Below, one piece after another: positions 31,509 to 39,501 of a stretch of 64,000 nucleotides of DNA (positions are counted from its first letter, which is position 1; every line of letters starts with the position of its first letter). The stretch is from Pseudomonadota bacterium. Lineage in GTDB: Bacteria > Desulfobacterota > Desulfobacteria > Desulfobacterales > Desulfobacteraceae. A program made the translations under genes and the position numbers. Below the pieces are notes generated by a model, which searched no databases, had not been told where the DNA came from, and was given only the letters and a program-made list of their open reading frames with translations. The DNA lies in NCBI GenBank assembly GCA_018821535.1, contig JAHJLV010000016.1:116010-180009 (forward strand), written 5' to 3'.

Positions 31509-32411
31509 ATGCAATCTCATACCCGATATTATGAAGCCGCTGGGATCACCATTCAGGTGAATTCTGACTACCTGCTTTCAGATACCACCTTTCATCCCAA
31601 ATTCAACGCATTTGAATGCCGGGCTCCTGGAAAAGATCATATTAGTATCAATCATCATTTTTGCCCGCCTGATCCATCCATCACAGGCAAAACATTGATC
31701 TATGATAAAAACCAGTGGCAGATTTTCAAATCTCCTGATTTCTGGTTTTACACGTATACACCGGGTTCAGATGAAACAGGTTTTGGCCCTGTAACCGGCA
31801 TATTCAATGCAGATCACTCTGTTGCAGATATTTATTTGGAAATATCCCAAAAAGACTACAGCAACGCCCGATTCAATGCTTTAACGCTGTTCAATACAGA
31901 CCAGGTGCTTTTTGCCAGAATCTTAAATAACACAGAAGGACTGATTCTTCATTCAAATGGTTTTGAAATTGATGGAAGGGGTATTTTGCTGACCGGACAT
32001 TCCGGCGCAGGAAAAAGTACACTTTCACGCATGCTCAAACAAAAGGATGCTCATATTCTTTGCGATGACAGAATGTTCATAAAATCCTGCCCGCCTGGAT
32101 TCCGGATTTATGGCCACTGGAATCATGGCAGCGTATCTGATGTTTCATCAAAATCAGCGCCTTTGAAAGCTGTTTTCTTTCTTGAACAGGCAAAAGAAAA
32201 CCAGATCATAAAGATCGAAGATAAAAAACAAATCAGCCTGAATCTTTTCCAGTCCGTTGTAAAACAATTTCTGACCCGGGAAGAATGGAATACAACATTT
32301 GATACCCTGGAAAAAATGATTAACACGATAGACTGTTACACCATAAAATTTAATCTGGACGGGAAAATCTGCGATAAAATTTTCCAGTTACTATCCAGGT
32401 ATCCACTTTAA
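31509..32411 (+). CDS. HPr-kinase-related P-loop kinase
   Basis: LHSNG...GHSGAGKSTLS...CDDR motif arrangement of HPrK-like / lasso-peptide kinases. Confidence 0.8.
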   Translation: MQSHTRYYEAAGITIQVNSDYLLSDTTFHPKFNAFECRAPGKDHISINHHFCPPDPSITGKTLIYDKNQWQIFKSPDFWFYTYTPGSDETGFGPVTGIFNADHSVADIYLEISQKDYSNARFNALTLFNTDQVLFARILNNTEGLILHSNGFEIDGRGILLTGHSGAGKSTLSRMLKQKDAHILCDDRMFIKSCPPGFRIYGHWNHGSVSDVSSKSAPLKAVFFLEQAKENQIIKIEDKKQISLNLFQSVVKQFLTREEWNTTFDTLEKMINTIDCYTIKFNLDGKICDKIFQLLSRYPL

Positions 32412-32457
32412 GTATCCTGTATAAAAAACAGTATTGACGAATAAGGAAAAAAGAAAA

Positions 32458-32751
32458 ATGATCAACAGCCAATCCTGCTATGACATTTCAAAGGATGTTA
32501 TTACAAGAAAAATTGAAGGAGAACTGGTTATCGTCCCGATGGTTGAGGGAATTGGGGATCTGGATTCACAAATGTTCTCATTGAATGAAACCGGCACGGC
32601 TGTTTGGGAAAAGCTGGATGGGAAAACGAACCTTGAAAATATCATTAGAGAACTTGCAGATGAATACAACACCCCATACGACCAGATCAAAACTGATGTT
32701 CTGGATATAATGCAGATGTTTGAAAAAATGGGATTGTTGATTGAAAAATAA
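32458..32751 (+). CDS. PqqD family / RiPP recognition element (RRE) protein
   Basis: 97 aa; RKIEGELVIV...FSLNETGTAVWEKLDG...LADEY...IKTDV. Confidence 0.9.
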   Translation: MINSQSCYDISKDVITRKIEGELVIVPMVEGIGDLDSQMFSLNETGTAVWEKLDGKTNLENIIRELADEYNTPYDQIKTDVLDIMQMFEKMGLLIEK

Positions 32752-33238
32752 ATCAAAACAACCCTACGCAAAACCCAAGGGGCATCCTGTACTGAATCTT
32801 TCCGGCAAAGCCATTGGTGAGCTGGTTAAAGAATTTATGACCAAGGGGAAAAGCATAAAATTCAGATCAAAGGGCCAAAGCATGCATCCGATTATCAAAG
32901 AAGAAGATCTGATTACTGTTTCACCTTATATCAGAAAAGTTCCAGTTTCTGGCGATATCATAGCCTATATTAACCCTGAAACAGAAAAAATGATCATTCA
33001 CCGCCTGATAAAAATCACCCCTGACACTTTCACTGCAAAAGGAGATAATTGCCTCCACCATGATTCAAGCCATGACAGGAGCAATATTCTTGGCTATGTT
33101 TCACAGATTAACCAAAAAAAATCCAAAAGCAATGCGCTCCTTTCTCATCCGATCAAAAAGACTCTGATTTTTCTCTCGAGCCTTGGGATCATATTTATTC
33201 TAAATAAATTCTTGAAAAGAATTCAATTGATTCTATAA
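32741..33238 (+). CDS. S24/S26-family peptidase-like protein
   Basis: GQSMHPII (Ser nucleophile), GDIIAY, IIHRLIK, KGDN; TTG start uncertain. Confidence 0.8.
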   Translation: MKNKSKQPYAKPKGHPVLNLSGKAIGELVKEFMTKGKSIKFRSKGQSMHPIIKEEDLITVSPYIRKVPVSGDIIAYINPETEKMIIHRLIKITPDTFTAKGDNCLHHDSSHDRSNILGYVSQINQKKSKSNALLSHPIKKTLIFLSSLGIIFILNKFLKRIQLIL

Positions 33239-33303
33239 TAAACGAATTATATGAATATAATATTTTTGTTACCATTTTCAAAAAACTAAACTCATCATAA
33301 CCT

Positions 33304-33319
33304 TGGCACATCAATTGCA
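33304..33319 (+). promoter_or_regulatory. sigma54 (-24/-12) promoter
   Basis: TGGCAC-ATCAA-TTGCA, an exact consensus with GG/GC 12 nt apart, 39 nt upstream of the small ORF. Confidence 0.85.
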
Positions 33320-33357
33320 AGATAAATTTTAAATTATATAATTTTGAGGTGATAATA

Positions 33358-33498
33358 ATGGAAAACATGAAAAATGAAAAACGATGGAAAAAACCTGAAA
33401 TCAAAGTTCTATTTTCAGGAACAGTCAATAACGATGTTATGGTCATAGGAACGAGTGGTCGGCCACAAGAAGATGACTATATAGAAAGTCAAAACTAA
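33358..33498 (+). CDS. 46-aa putative RiPP precursor peptide (absent from the ORF track)
   Basis: GAGGTG SD 7 nt before the ATG; MENMKNEKRWKKPEIKVLFSGTVNNDVMVIGTSGRPQEDDYIESQN*; WxxPxI leader motif; adjacent to RRE and peptidase. Confidence 0.75.
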   Translation: MENMKNEKRWKKPEIKVLFSGTVNNDVMVIGTSGRPQEDDYIESQN

Positions 33499-33553
33499 AC
33501 TTATTAGTGCATATTATTTTAATAAGCTTATTCAAAAAATAAAGGACTATGAA

Positions 33554-34228
33554 ATGAAAAAAATACTGTTTTTAATAATCTTATTTTCAATTTGTTTTTC
33601 AAGCAATGGATTCGCCCTGTATGTAGATGTTAGCGCTGGGAAATGGAATCACACTTTCTACAACGTTGATAAAAACGGGGACGGAAATTATGACAATGAC
33701 CCGAATTACAACGACACTTATTCACCAGCCGGAAATTTTAATCTTGAGTTTAAAGTAGATGAAAACAGCCCCACTTATTATAGTTCCTATGGTTTTTGCG
33801 TTGATATTACTGTACTCGCGGGAAGTGGTTCAGCATTAATAAATAACATTACTACAGATTCTTTCAAAAAATCTGCATGGGTTTTAGAAAACTTCTGGAG
33901 CACAGGAAATACTGGAACTCAAAATGCAGGCATTCAATTGGCAATTTGGGACCTTATATATGCACCAACGGCTACCGGCTTTGATCCTTTCGTTCCTTTG
34001 AACACACACAACTCAGGTTTAGCCGCATTTAATGAATACACTGCAATCATAGCTGAATTTAATGCTAAATACCCTGCAAATGGATTTGATGCTTCGAAAT
34101 ATATAATCGTCAACTTCGATGACAAACAAGACATGATAACAACCAATCCAGTTCCGGAACCCGCAACCATGGCGCTTTTTGGTATTGGTCTGCTTGGCAT
34201 TGCCCTGGTGGGAAGAAAACGCAGTTAA
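33554..34228 (+). CDS. PEP-CTERM exosortase-target surface protein
   Basis: Signal peptide, GIQLAIWDLIY, C-terminal VPEPATMALFGIGLLGIALVGRKRS. Confidence 0.95.
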   Translation: MKKILFLIILFSICFSSNGFALYVDVSAGKWNHTFYNVDKNGDGNYDNDPNYNDTYSPAGNFNLEFKVDENSPTYYSSYGFCVDITVLAGSGSALINNITTDSFKKSAWVLENFWSTGNTGTQNAGIQLAIWDLIYAPTATGFDPFVPLNTHNSGLAAFNEYTAIIAEFNAKYPANGFDASKYIIVNFDDKQDMITTNPVPEPATMALFGIGLLGIALVGRKRS

Positions 34229-34250
34229 GATTTTTTTACAAATATTTTTT

Positions 34251-34287
34251 AAAAAGGCAGGAAGGAATACTTCCTGTCTTTTTTTTT
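34251..34287 (+). terminator. Intrinsic terminator after the PEP-CTERM gene
   Basis: AGGCAGGAAG-GAATA-CTTCCTGTCT stem followed by a long T run. Confidence 0.8.
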
Positions 34288-34310
34288 GCTTTTGTGTATA
34301 ATCTTTTGCC

Positions 34311-36170
34311 ATGGAAATCAATTCGTTAAATACAAAACTCAAGCACGCATTCAGGATCGACCGGGCCATCAGATTTGTATGGCAGGCCGCCCCTTTATAT
34401 ACTGTTTTGTCCAGCATCATGGTTGTAATTCTGGGTGTTCTCCCGCTGGTATCTTTATATCTGATCAAGCTGATTGTTGATGAAACCAGCCAGCTCATAT
34501 TCAGCCGGACATCCTCCAGCCCGGATCTTTCCATTATATGGATATATGTCTCAATTGCCTGCGCCACAGGGCTTTTCACCATATTTTTCAACTGCCTTTC
34601 AGACTATTTAAAAAAAGCCCAGTCCCTTGCGGTAACAGATCATATTTTTGGTGTTATTCATCAAAAATCCGCTGAAGCAGATTTAGAGCTGTACGAATGT
34701 CCGGAAAACAGGGATATGCTGTACCGGGCAAAGGTTGAAGGCCCGTACCGACCCACCAGTATTGTAAGAGGCCTTTTCACGGCAGGACAGAGTGCGGCAG
34801 CCTTTATTGCCGTTGCCTGGCTGTTGATGATGCTCCATCCGGTTCTTCCGGCAGTGATGATCATCGCAGCCATTCCCGGGGTTCTGATCCGGCTGAAATA
34901 CTCTGAAAAAATATATGACTGGCAGCAGAAAAGAACCGAAGATGAGCGAAAAGCCTATTATTTCCACAATATGCTCACCGGGGAAAATCATGCCAAAGAA
35001 TTCAGACTCTTTAATCTCAGCCAGCATTTTATCCACCAGTTTACGGCTATCAGAAACGTATTAAGAAAAGAAAAACTCTGGTTTGAAAAACGCAGGGCCG
35101 CAGGGGATATGATTGCCCAGTCCAGCAGCACCATTGCCGTGTTCGGCTCTTTTGCCTATATCATCTTTCAAACCGTGAACGGCACCATCACCATCGGGGA
35201 CATGGTCATGTATTTCCAGGCCTTTTCAAGAGGGCTGGGAGACTTGAAAACCCTTATGGAAAGCGCAGCTCAGATGTATGAAGATAATTTATTCCTATCG
35301 TATTTAGATGATTTTTTGAAAACAGACCCCCGGGTGATTGCCCCTGAAAAACCAGTCACCATTCCATCGGCAAGAGTCCAGGGGATTAAATTCAAGGATG
35401 TAGACTTTTTTTACCCAAATTGCGGAAAAAAGGTGTTAAATTGTGTAAACTTTTCCATAAGACCCGGGGAAATCGTCGCCCTTGTGGGAGAGAACGGTTC
35501 CGGAAAATCAACCATTGTAAAACTTTTATCCCGCCTTTATGATCCCCATGAGGGACAGATATTATTGGAAGATGAAAATATCAAAAATTTCGATCCGGAT
35601 AAATACAGAAAAACCATCAGCGTGGTTTTCCAGGATCATGTCCATTATTATCTGTCAGCAAAAGAAAATATTTCCACAGGCAATATCGAGCAAAAAAACA
35701 ATATTGCCAAAATCACACAGGCTGCAACGCAATCTGGAATCCACGACATCATAGACACCCTTCCGCAGGGCTATGACACACCACTGGGAAAAATGTTCAC
35801 GGACGGTCAGGAGCTGAGCATCGGCCAGTGGCAGATGCTGGCCATTGCGAGAGCTTTTTTCAGAGAATCCGACCTGGTTATTCTGGATGAACCCTCCAGC
35901 GCCCTGGACCCGGAAGCTGAAATGAAAATTTTCACCCGGATCAGACAATTGATACAGGGCAAAAGCGCATTAATTATCAGCCACAGATACTCCAGCGTTA
36001 AAATGGCTGACAAAATACTGGTCATGGATAACGGGTACATTATTGAACAGGGTACCCATAGCGAACTTCTTGCCCTGCAAGGCAAATACGCAACGCTTTA
36101 CCGTACCCAGGCCGACAACTATGCGCATGAACCTGAAAATGACGTTTTTTGTCAAAATAAATCCGTTTAA
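34311..36170 (+). CDS. ABC exporter (fused TMD-NBD), peptide/multidrug type, no C39 domain
   Basis: GENGSGKST, ELSIGQWQMLAIARAF, ILDEPS, ISHR; N-terminal TMs. Confidence 0.9.
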   Translation: MEINSLNTKLKHAFRIDRAIRFVWQAAPLYTVLSSIMVVILGVLPLVSLYLIKLIVDETSQLIFSRTSSSPDLSIIWIYVSIACATGLFTIFFNCLSDYLKKAQSLAVTDHIFGVIHQKSAEADLELYECPENRDMLYRAKVEGPYRPTSIVRGLFTAGQSAAAFIAVAWLLMMLHPVLPAVMIIAAIPGVLIRLKYSEKIYDWQQKRTEDERKAYYFHNMLTGENHAKEFRLFNLSQHFIHQFTAIRNVLRKEKLWFEKRRAAGDMIAQSSSTIAVFGSFAYIIFQTVNGTITIGDMVMYFQAFSRGLGDLKTLMESAAQMYEDNLFLSYLDDFLKTDPRVIAPEKPVTIPSARVQGIKFKDVDFFYPNCGKKVLNCVNFSIRPGEIVALVGENGSGKSTIVKLLSRLYDPHEGQILLEDENIKNFDPDKYRKTISVVFQDHVHYYLSAKENISTGNIEQKNNIAKITQAATQSGIHDIIDTLPQGYDTPLGKMFTDGQELSIGQWQMLAIARAFFRESDLVILDEPSSALDPEAEMKIFTRIRQLIQGKSALIISHRYSSVKMADKILVMDNGYIIEQGTHSELLALQGKYATLYRTQADNYAHEPENDVFCQNKSV

Positions 36171-36279
36171 TGATATCTATTGTTTTTTTTGTTGAATCTA
36201 TTTGATTTAGATATATACTGTCAGGAATCTAAAAAAATAATTTTTCACTGGTTCCATATTCCTGTCCGGAGGCGATGCC

Positions 36280-36642
36280 TTGAAGAAAAGAAGCTGCAAA
36301 CGATTTTCCATACCGGGAACAACACTGTATTACAAGAGCAAACCCGGGCTGTTTTTTAAAAAGGACTACCCGGATCAGTATTATCCGGTCATCAATTTGA
36401 GCCGTGGCGGAGCAAGCTTTCTTTGCAACGAAAGACTCAAGGCCGGCAAAAAAATAGTTGTCAGACTGCAGATACCTGAAACAGAACAAAAAATTGAACT
36501 GCATGCAAGCGTCAAATGGATTTCAAGAAATCCTGAAGAAAGCTATCAATACAGAACAGGGATCGCATTTAATACCTATGGGAACAAACACTATGAAAAC
36601 CCGGCCAGCATACTGGAATTATTAAAATCCATAGAACAATAA
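36280..36642 (+). CDS. PilZ domain protein
   Basis: RSCKR (RxxxR) and NLSRGG ([D/N]xSxxG) c-di-GMP motifs. Confidence 0.85.
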   Translation: MKKRSCKRFSIPGTTLYYKSKPGLFFKKDYPDQYYPVINLSRGGASFLCNERLKAGKKIVVRLQIPETEQKIELHASVKWISRNPEESYQYRTGIAFNTYGNKHYENPASILELLKSIEQ

Positions 36643-36647
36643 ATATA

Positions 36648-36663
36648 TGGCATATATATTGCA
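36648..36663 (+). promoter_or_regulatory. sigma54 (-24/-12) promoter
   Basis: TGGCAT-ATATA-TTGCA with correct 12-nt spacing, 60 nt upstream of the ATG at 36723. Confidence 0.8.
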
Positions 36664-36722
36664 TTGAAATACACAAAAGCATAGACTGTTTGCACAAAAA
36701 AATAAACATCCGGAGAAAGAAA

Positions 36723-37262
36723 ATGAAACGCACAATTCTTTTAATCATAATGACAAGCATAATAGCTGCAGCCCAGATCGGATTTGCAGAAGACAAAGGC
36801 CCGAACCAGTGGGAAAAAGATTTTGTCATGGCACTTCAGAAAGGGAAAATGCCCCAGACCAGCCCAAGTGACGGGCTCGCCTACACGCCAGCCGCAGGCG
36901 TTGTTCTGGAACAAGCCATTAAAAAAGCCCTGGAAATGCAGGCTCCACCCTGTGAAGCCATGAAAATTGCCGTAGATCTTAAATACGATCCGTATTCCAT
37001 TCTCATAAATATTTTCGGTTATGGCAGCCAGGTTAATCTGAACCAGCTGTGCGGCTGTGCAACCGAAAGCGGAATCAATAAAAAAATAGTTGCAGAAGCT
37101 GCTGCCAAAGCCATGTCTCCTCTGGGAAAACCCATTTTTGACAGGGATGAAATCGCACAGGCCCAGTGCCTTACAGGACTGGGATATACACCCTATGTGG
37201 CAGAAATTCCAAGGGTTGAACGTGAAAGAAAACCACCTGTTTCAGTCATGGCCCCAAACTGA
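36723..37262 (+). CDS. Secreted hypothetical protein
   Basis: Signal peptide MKRTILL...AQIGFA; two GL[AG]YTP motifs; four Cys. Confidence 0.75.
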   Translation: MKRTILLIIMTSIIAAAQIGFAEDKGPNQWEKDFVMALQKGKMPQTSPSDGLAYTPAAGVVLEQAIKKALEMQAPPCEAMKIAVDLKYDPYSILINIFGYGSQVNLNQLCGCATESGINKKIVAEAAAKAMSPLGKPIFDRDEIAQAQCLTGLGYTPYVAEIPRVERERKPPVSVMAPN

Positions 37263-37287
37263 TTCAAACAAAACTTGAAACCAAGCC

Positions 37288-37325
37288 AAAAAGCCCTTTA
37301 AATAACAGTTAAAGGGCTTTTTTTT
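37288..37325 (+). terminator. Intrinsic (possibly bidirectional) terminator
   Basis: AAAAAGCCCTTTAA-ATAACAG-TTAAAGGGCTTTTTTTT. Confidence 0.85.
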
Positions 37326-37394
37326 ATTGACAATACCAGATCGTAAATACTAAGCTCCGGAACAATGTTCTACATTATATATTCGAGGTATACC

Positions 37395-38699
37395 ATGACA
37401 TATCAGAAACCAGTCCGATTCTTCTTTATCCTTTGCCTGATCGCATTTGCCGCCCTGAATGCCGTTAGTGCGGAAATGCCGCCCATAGGCCAGACAAAGA
37501 CATCCCCTTCTGCTCCCACAGATGGTGGCATCTCCGCAGATGTTTTCGGTCAAAAGGGCGGCAGATATCATCCGTTCATATTGCTGGAAGAGGTTTACAC
37601 TGATAATATATTTTCTACAAAATCAAATACAAAAGATGATTTTATAACCACCGTGAAACCCGGCATCTGGCTGGCCTTTCCTGCCAACCGGGAAAGACTT
37701 CTCAAACTCAGCACAACAACAACATCGCCCGGTGGTCTTAACCTGAGCCGGATAAAACCCGAAGCCACCCGACGGTATCAGACCTATTTTTTATATTCAC
37801 CTGAATTTGTCTTCTATAATAGTTTTTCAAACCATGATCATATCAACCATAAAGCAGAAGCCCTTTTCCAGTACAACCTCAATTCAGGCCTGTCCTTTGA
37901 CCTGATAGACCTGTTCAATGACCGGGAAGAAATAGCCGGGAACGGCGTTGCAGATACCCTGTACCGCCATCAGGACAACCTGATTGATTTCATATCCGCA
38001 TATACCACCCGATCCGAAAAATTAAAAATCCAACTCACATTCTCCAATTATTATCTGGATTTCAAAGACAATGCGGTTGATTATCGGGACAGAACTGACA
38101 ATACCGCAGATATCGCCATCTTTTATAAATTCTGGCCTAAAACCTCCCTTTTCCTTGAGTATGCATATTCCGATATCAGTTATGATAGCGCTTCCACCCT
38201 GGATAACGTGGAAAACCGGTTTTACTCCGGTGTAAACTGGGAGGTTACCGCAAAAACCCGAGGGACTTTAAAACTGGGGTATATTGACAAAGACTTTGAT
38301 TCAGATACAAGATCAGATCAGGATGATTTTTCACTGGAGCTGCAGACCCAGCATAATTTCACCCCAAAGCGTGCACTGCAGCTGAACGGATACAGAAAAT
38401 TCCATGAATCAGACCTGTCAATTGCATCAAGCTACCTGTCCACCGGGATTGATGTGGGGCTTATGCAGCGCTTTACTGAAAAATGGTCCGGCACGCTGAA
38501 CGGACTGTATGAACAAAATAAATATAATGGTTTTGATCGTGACGACAACCTTTTCGGGATTGGGCCAGCCATCAGGTTTGAAGCAAAAAAATGGCTGATA
38601 TTCGACCTGGGATATCAGTTTTTTATAAATGACTCAAATCTGGATGCCTATGATTATAAAGGCCATCTGCTCTTTTTAAGGGCAAGTCTTTCCATGTAA
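37395..38699 (+). CDS. Outer-membrane beta-barrel, EPS-export associated (BBP2/EpsL-like)
   Basis: Signal peptide, EEVYTDNIF, alternating beta-strands, aromatic-rich C-terminus; upstream of wza-wzc. Confidence 0.75.
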   Translation: MTYQKPVRFFFILCLIAFAALNAVSAEMPPIGQTKTSPSAPTDGGISADVFGQKGGRYHPFILLEEVYTDNIFSTKSNTKDDFITTVKPGIWLAFPANRERLLKLSTTTTSPGGLNLSRIKPEATRRYQTYFLYSPEFVFYNSFSNHDHINHKAEALFQYNLNSGLSFDLIDLFNDREEIAGNGVADTLYRHQDNLIDFISAYTTRSEKLKIQLTFSNYYLDFKDNAVDYRDRTDNTADIAIFYKFWPKTSLFLEYAYSDISYDSASTLDNVENRFYSGVNWEVTAKTRGTLKLGYIDKDFDSDTRSDQDDFSLELQTQHNFTPKRALQLNGYRKFHESDLSIASSYLSTGIDVGLMQRFTEKWSGTLNGLYEQNKYNGFDRDDNLFGIGPAIRFEAKKWLIFDLGYQFFINDSNLDAYDYKGHLLFLRASLSM

Positions 38700-38704
38700 A
38701 ATAT

Positions 38705-39499
38705 ATGAAAAAATTAATCATTAAACAAATATGGATTGTGTTCCTTCTGTTCTTTCCCCTGTTGACATGGGCACAGGAATATACCGTCGGTGAAGGAGAT
38801 GTTCTTAATATCAATGTATATGAGAACAAGGATTTATCCACAACCGTAAGGGTCAGCTCCGACGGGACCATAAGAGTTCCGCTGCTCGGTGAACTTCAGG
38901 TTGAAGGCCTTTCAGTCTCACAGGTGTCTGCTAAAATAGAAGAATTGTTTGCCGATGGGTATCTGGTGGATCCCCAGGTGGATGTTTTCATATCTGAGCA
39001 TAAAAGCAAAAAAGCGGTCATTCTGGGACAGATCAAAAATCCGGGTCAATATGAACTTAGAGGCAGAATAACGTTTCTGGAATTTATTTCAAAAGCAGGC
39101 GGTTTAACTGAAGCTGCCGGAAACCGGGCCACAATCAAACGGATTTCCGATAAAGGAAAACAGGAAAAACAGATTGAAATTTCACTCCAGGCGTTAATCA
39201 ATAAAGGCGACACCAGCCAGAACCTGATTATACAGGACAATGACAGCATCTATATCTCCAAGGCTGAAACCTATTATGTCTCAGGAGAAGTAAACAAACC
39301 CAATTCCTATAAACATGAACCGGATTTAACAGTAATCAAAGCAGTTACCATGGCTGGCGGATTTTCAAAAATTGCAGCAAAAAACAAAGTCAAAATTATC
39401 AGAGTAGTAAATGGAAAAGAAAGCATTTTTGAAAATGTAAATATGGATGAACCCATTCTCCCGAACGACGTAATTGTTGTTCCAGAAAGTTTTTTCTGA
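38705..39499 (+). CDS. wza: Polysaccharide export protein (Wza/EpsE-like, two SLBB domains)
   Basis: YTVGEGDVLNI, GTIRVPLLG, ILGQIKNPG, VSGEVNKP, DVIVVPESFF. Confidence 0.85.
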   Translation: MKKLIIKQIWIVFLLFFPLLTWAQEYTVGEGDVLNINVYENKDLSTTVRVSSDGTIRVPLLGELQVEGLSVSQVSAKIEELFADGYLVDPQVDVFISEHKSKKAVILGQIKNPGQYELRGRITFLEFISKAGGLTEAAGNRATIKRISDKGKQEKQIEISLQALINKGDTSQNLIIQDNDSIYISKAETYYVSGEVNKPNSYKHEPDLTVIKAVTMAGGFSKIAAKNKVKIIRVVNGKESIFENVNMDEPILPNDVIVVPESFF

Positions 39500-39501
39500 T
39501 C

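Noticed and set aside
32762-32780. YAKP motif at the peptidase N-terminus as a second RRE ligand
   Set aside because: Lacks the following hydrophobic residue, the start codon is uncertain, and it is short enough to be chance
28913-36170. Calling the cluster a conventional lasso peptide or PQQ locus
   Set aside because: No asparagine-synthetase-like cyclase, B2 protease or pqqB/C/E in the window; kept as an unclassified RRE system
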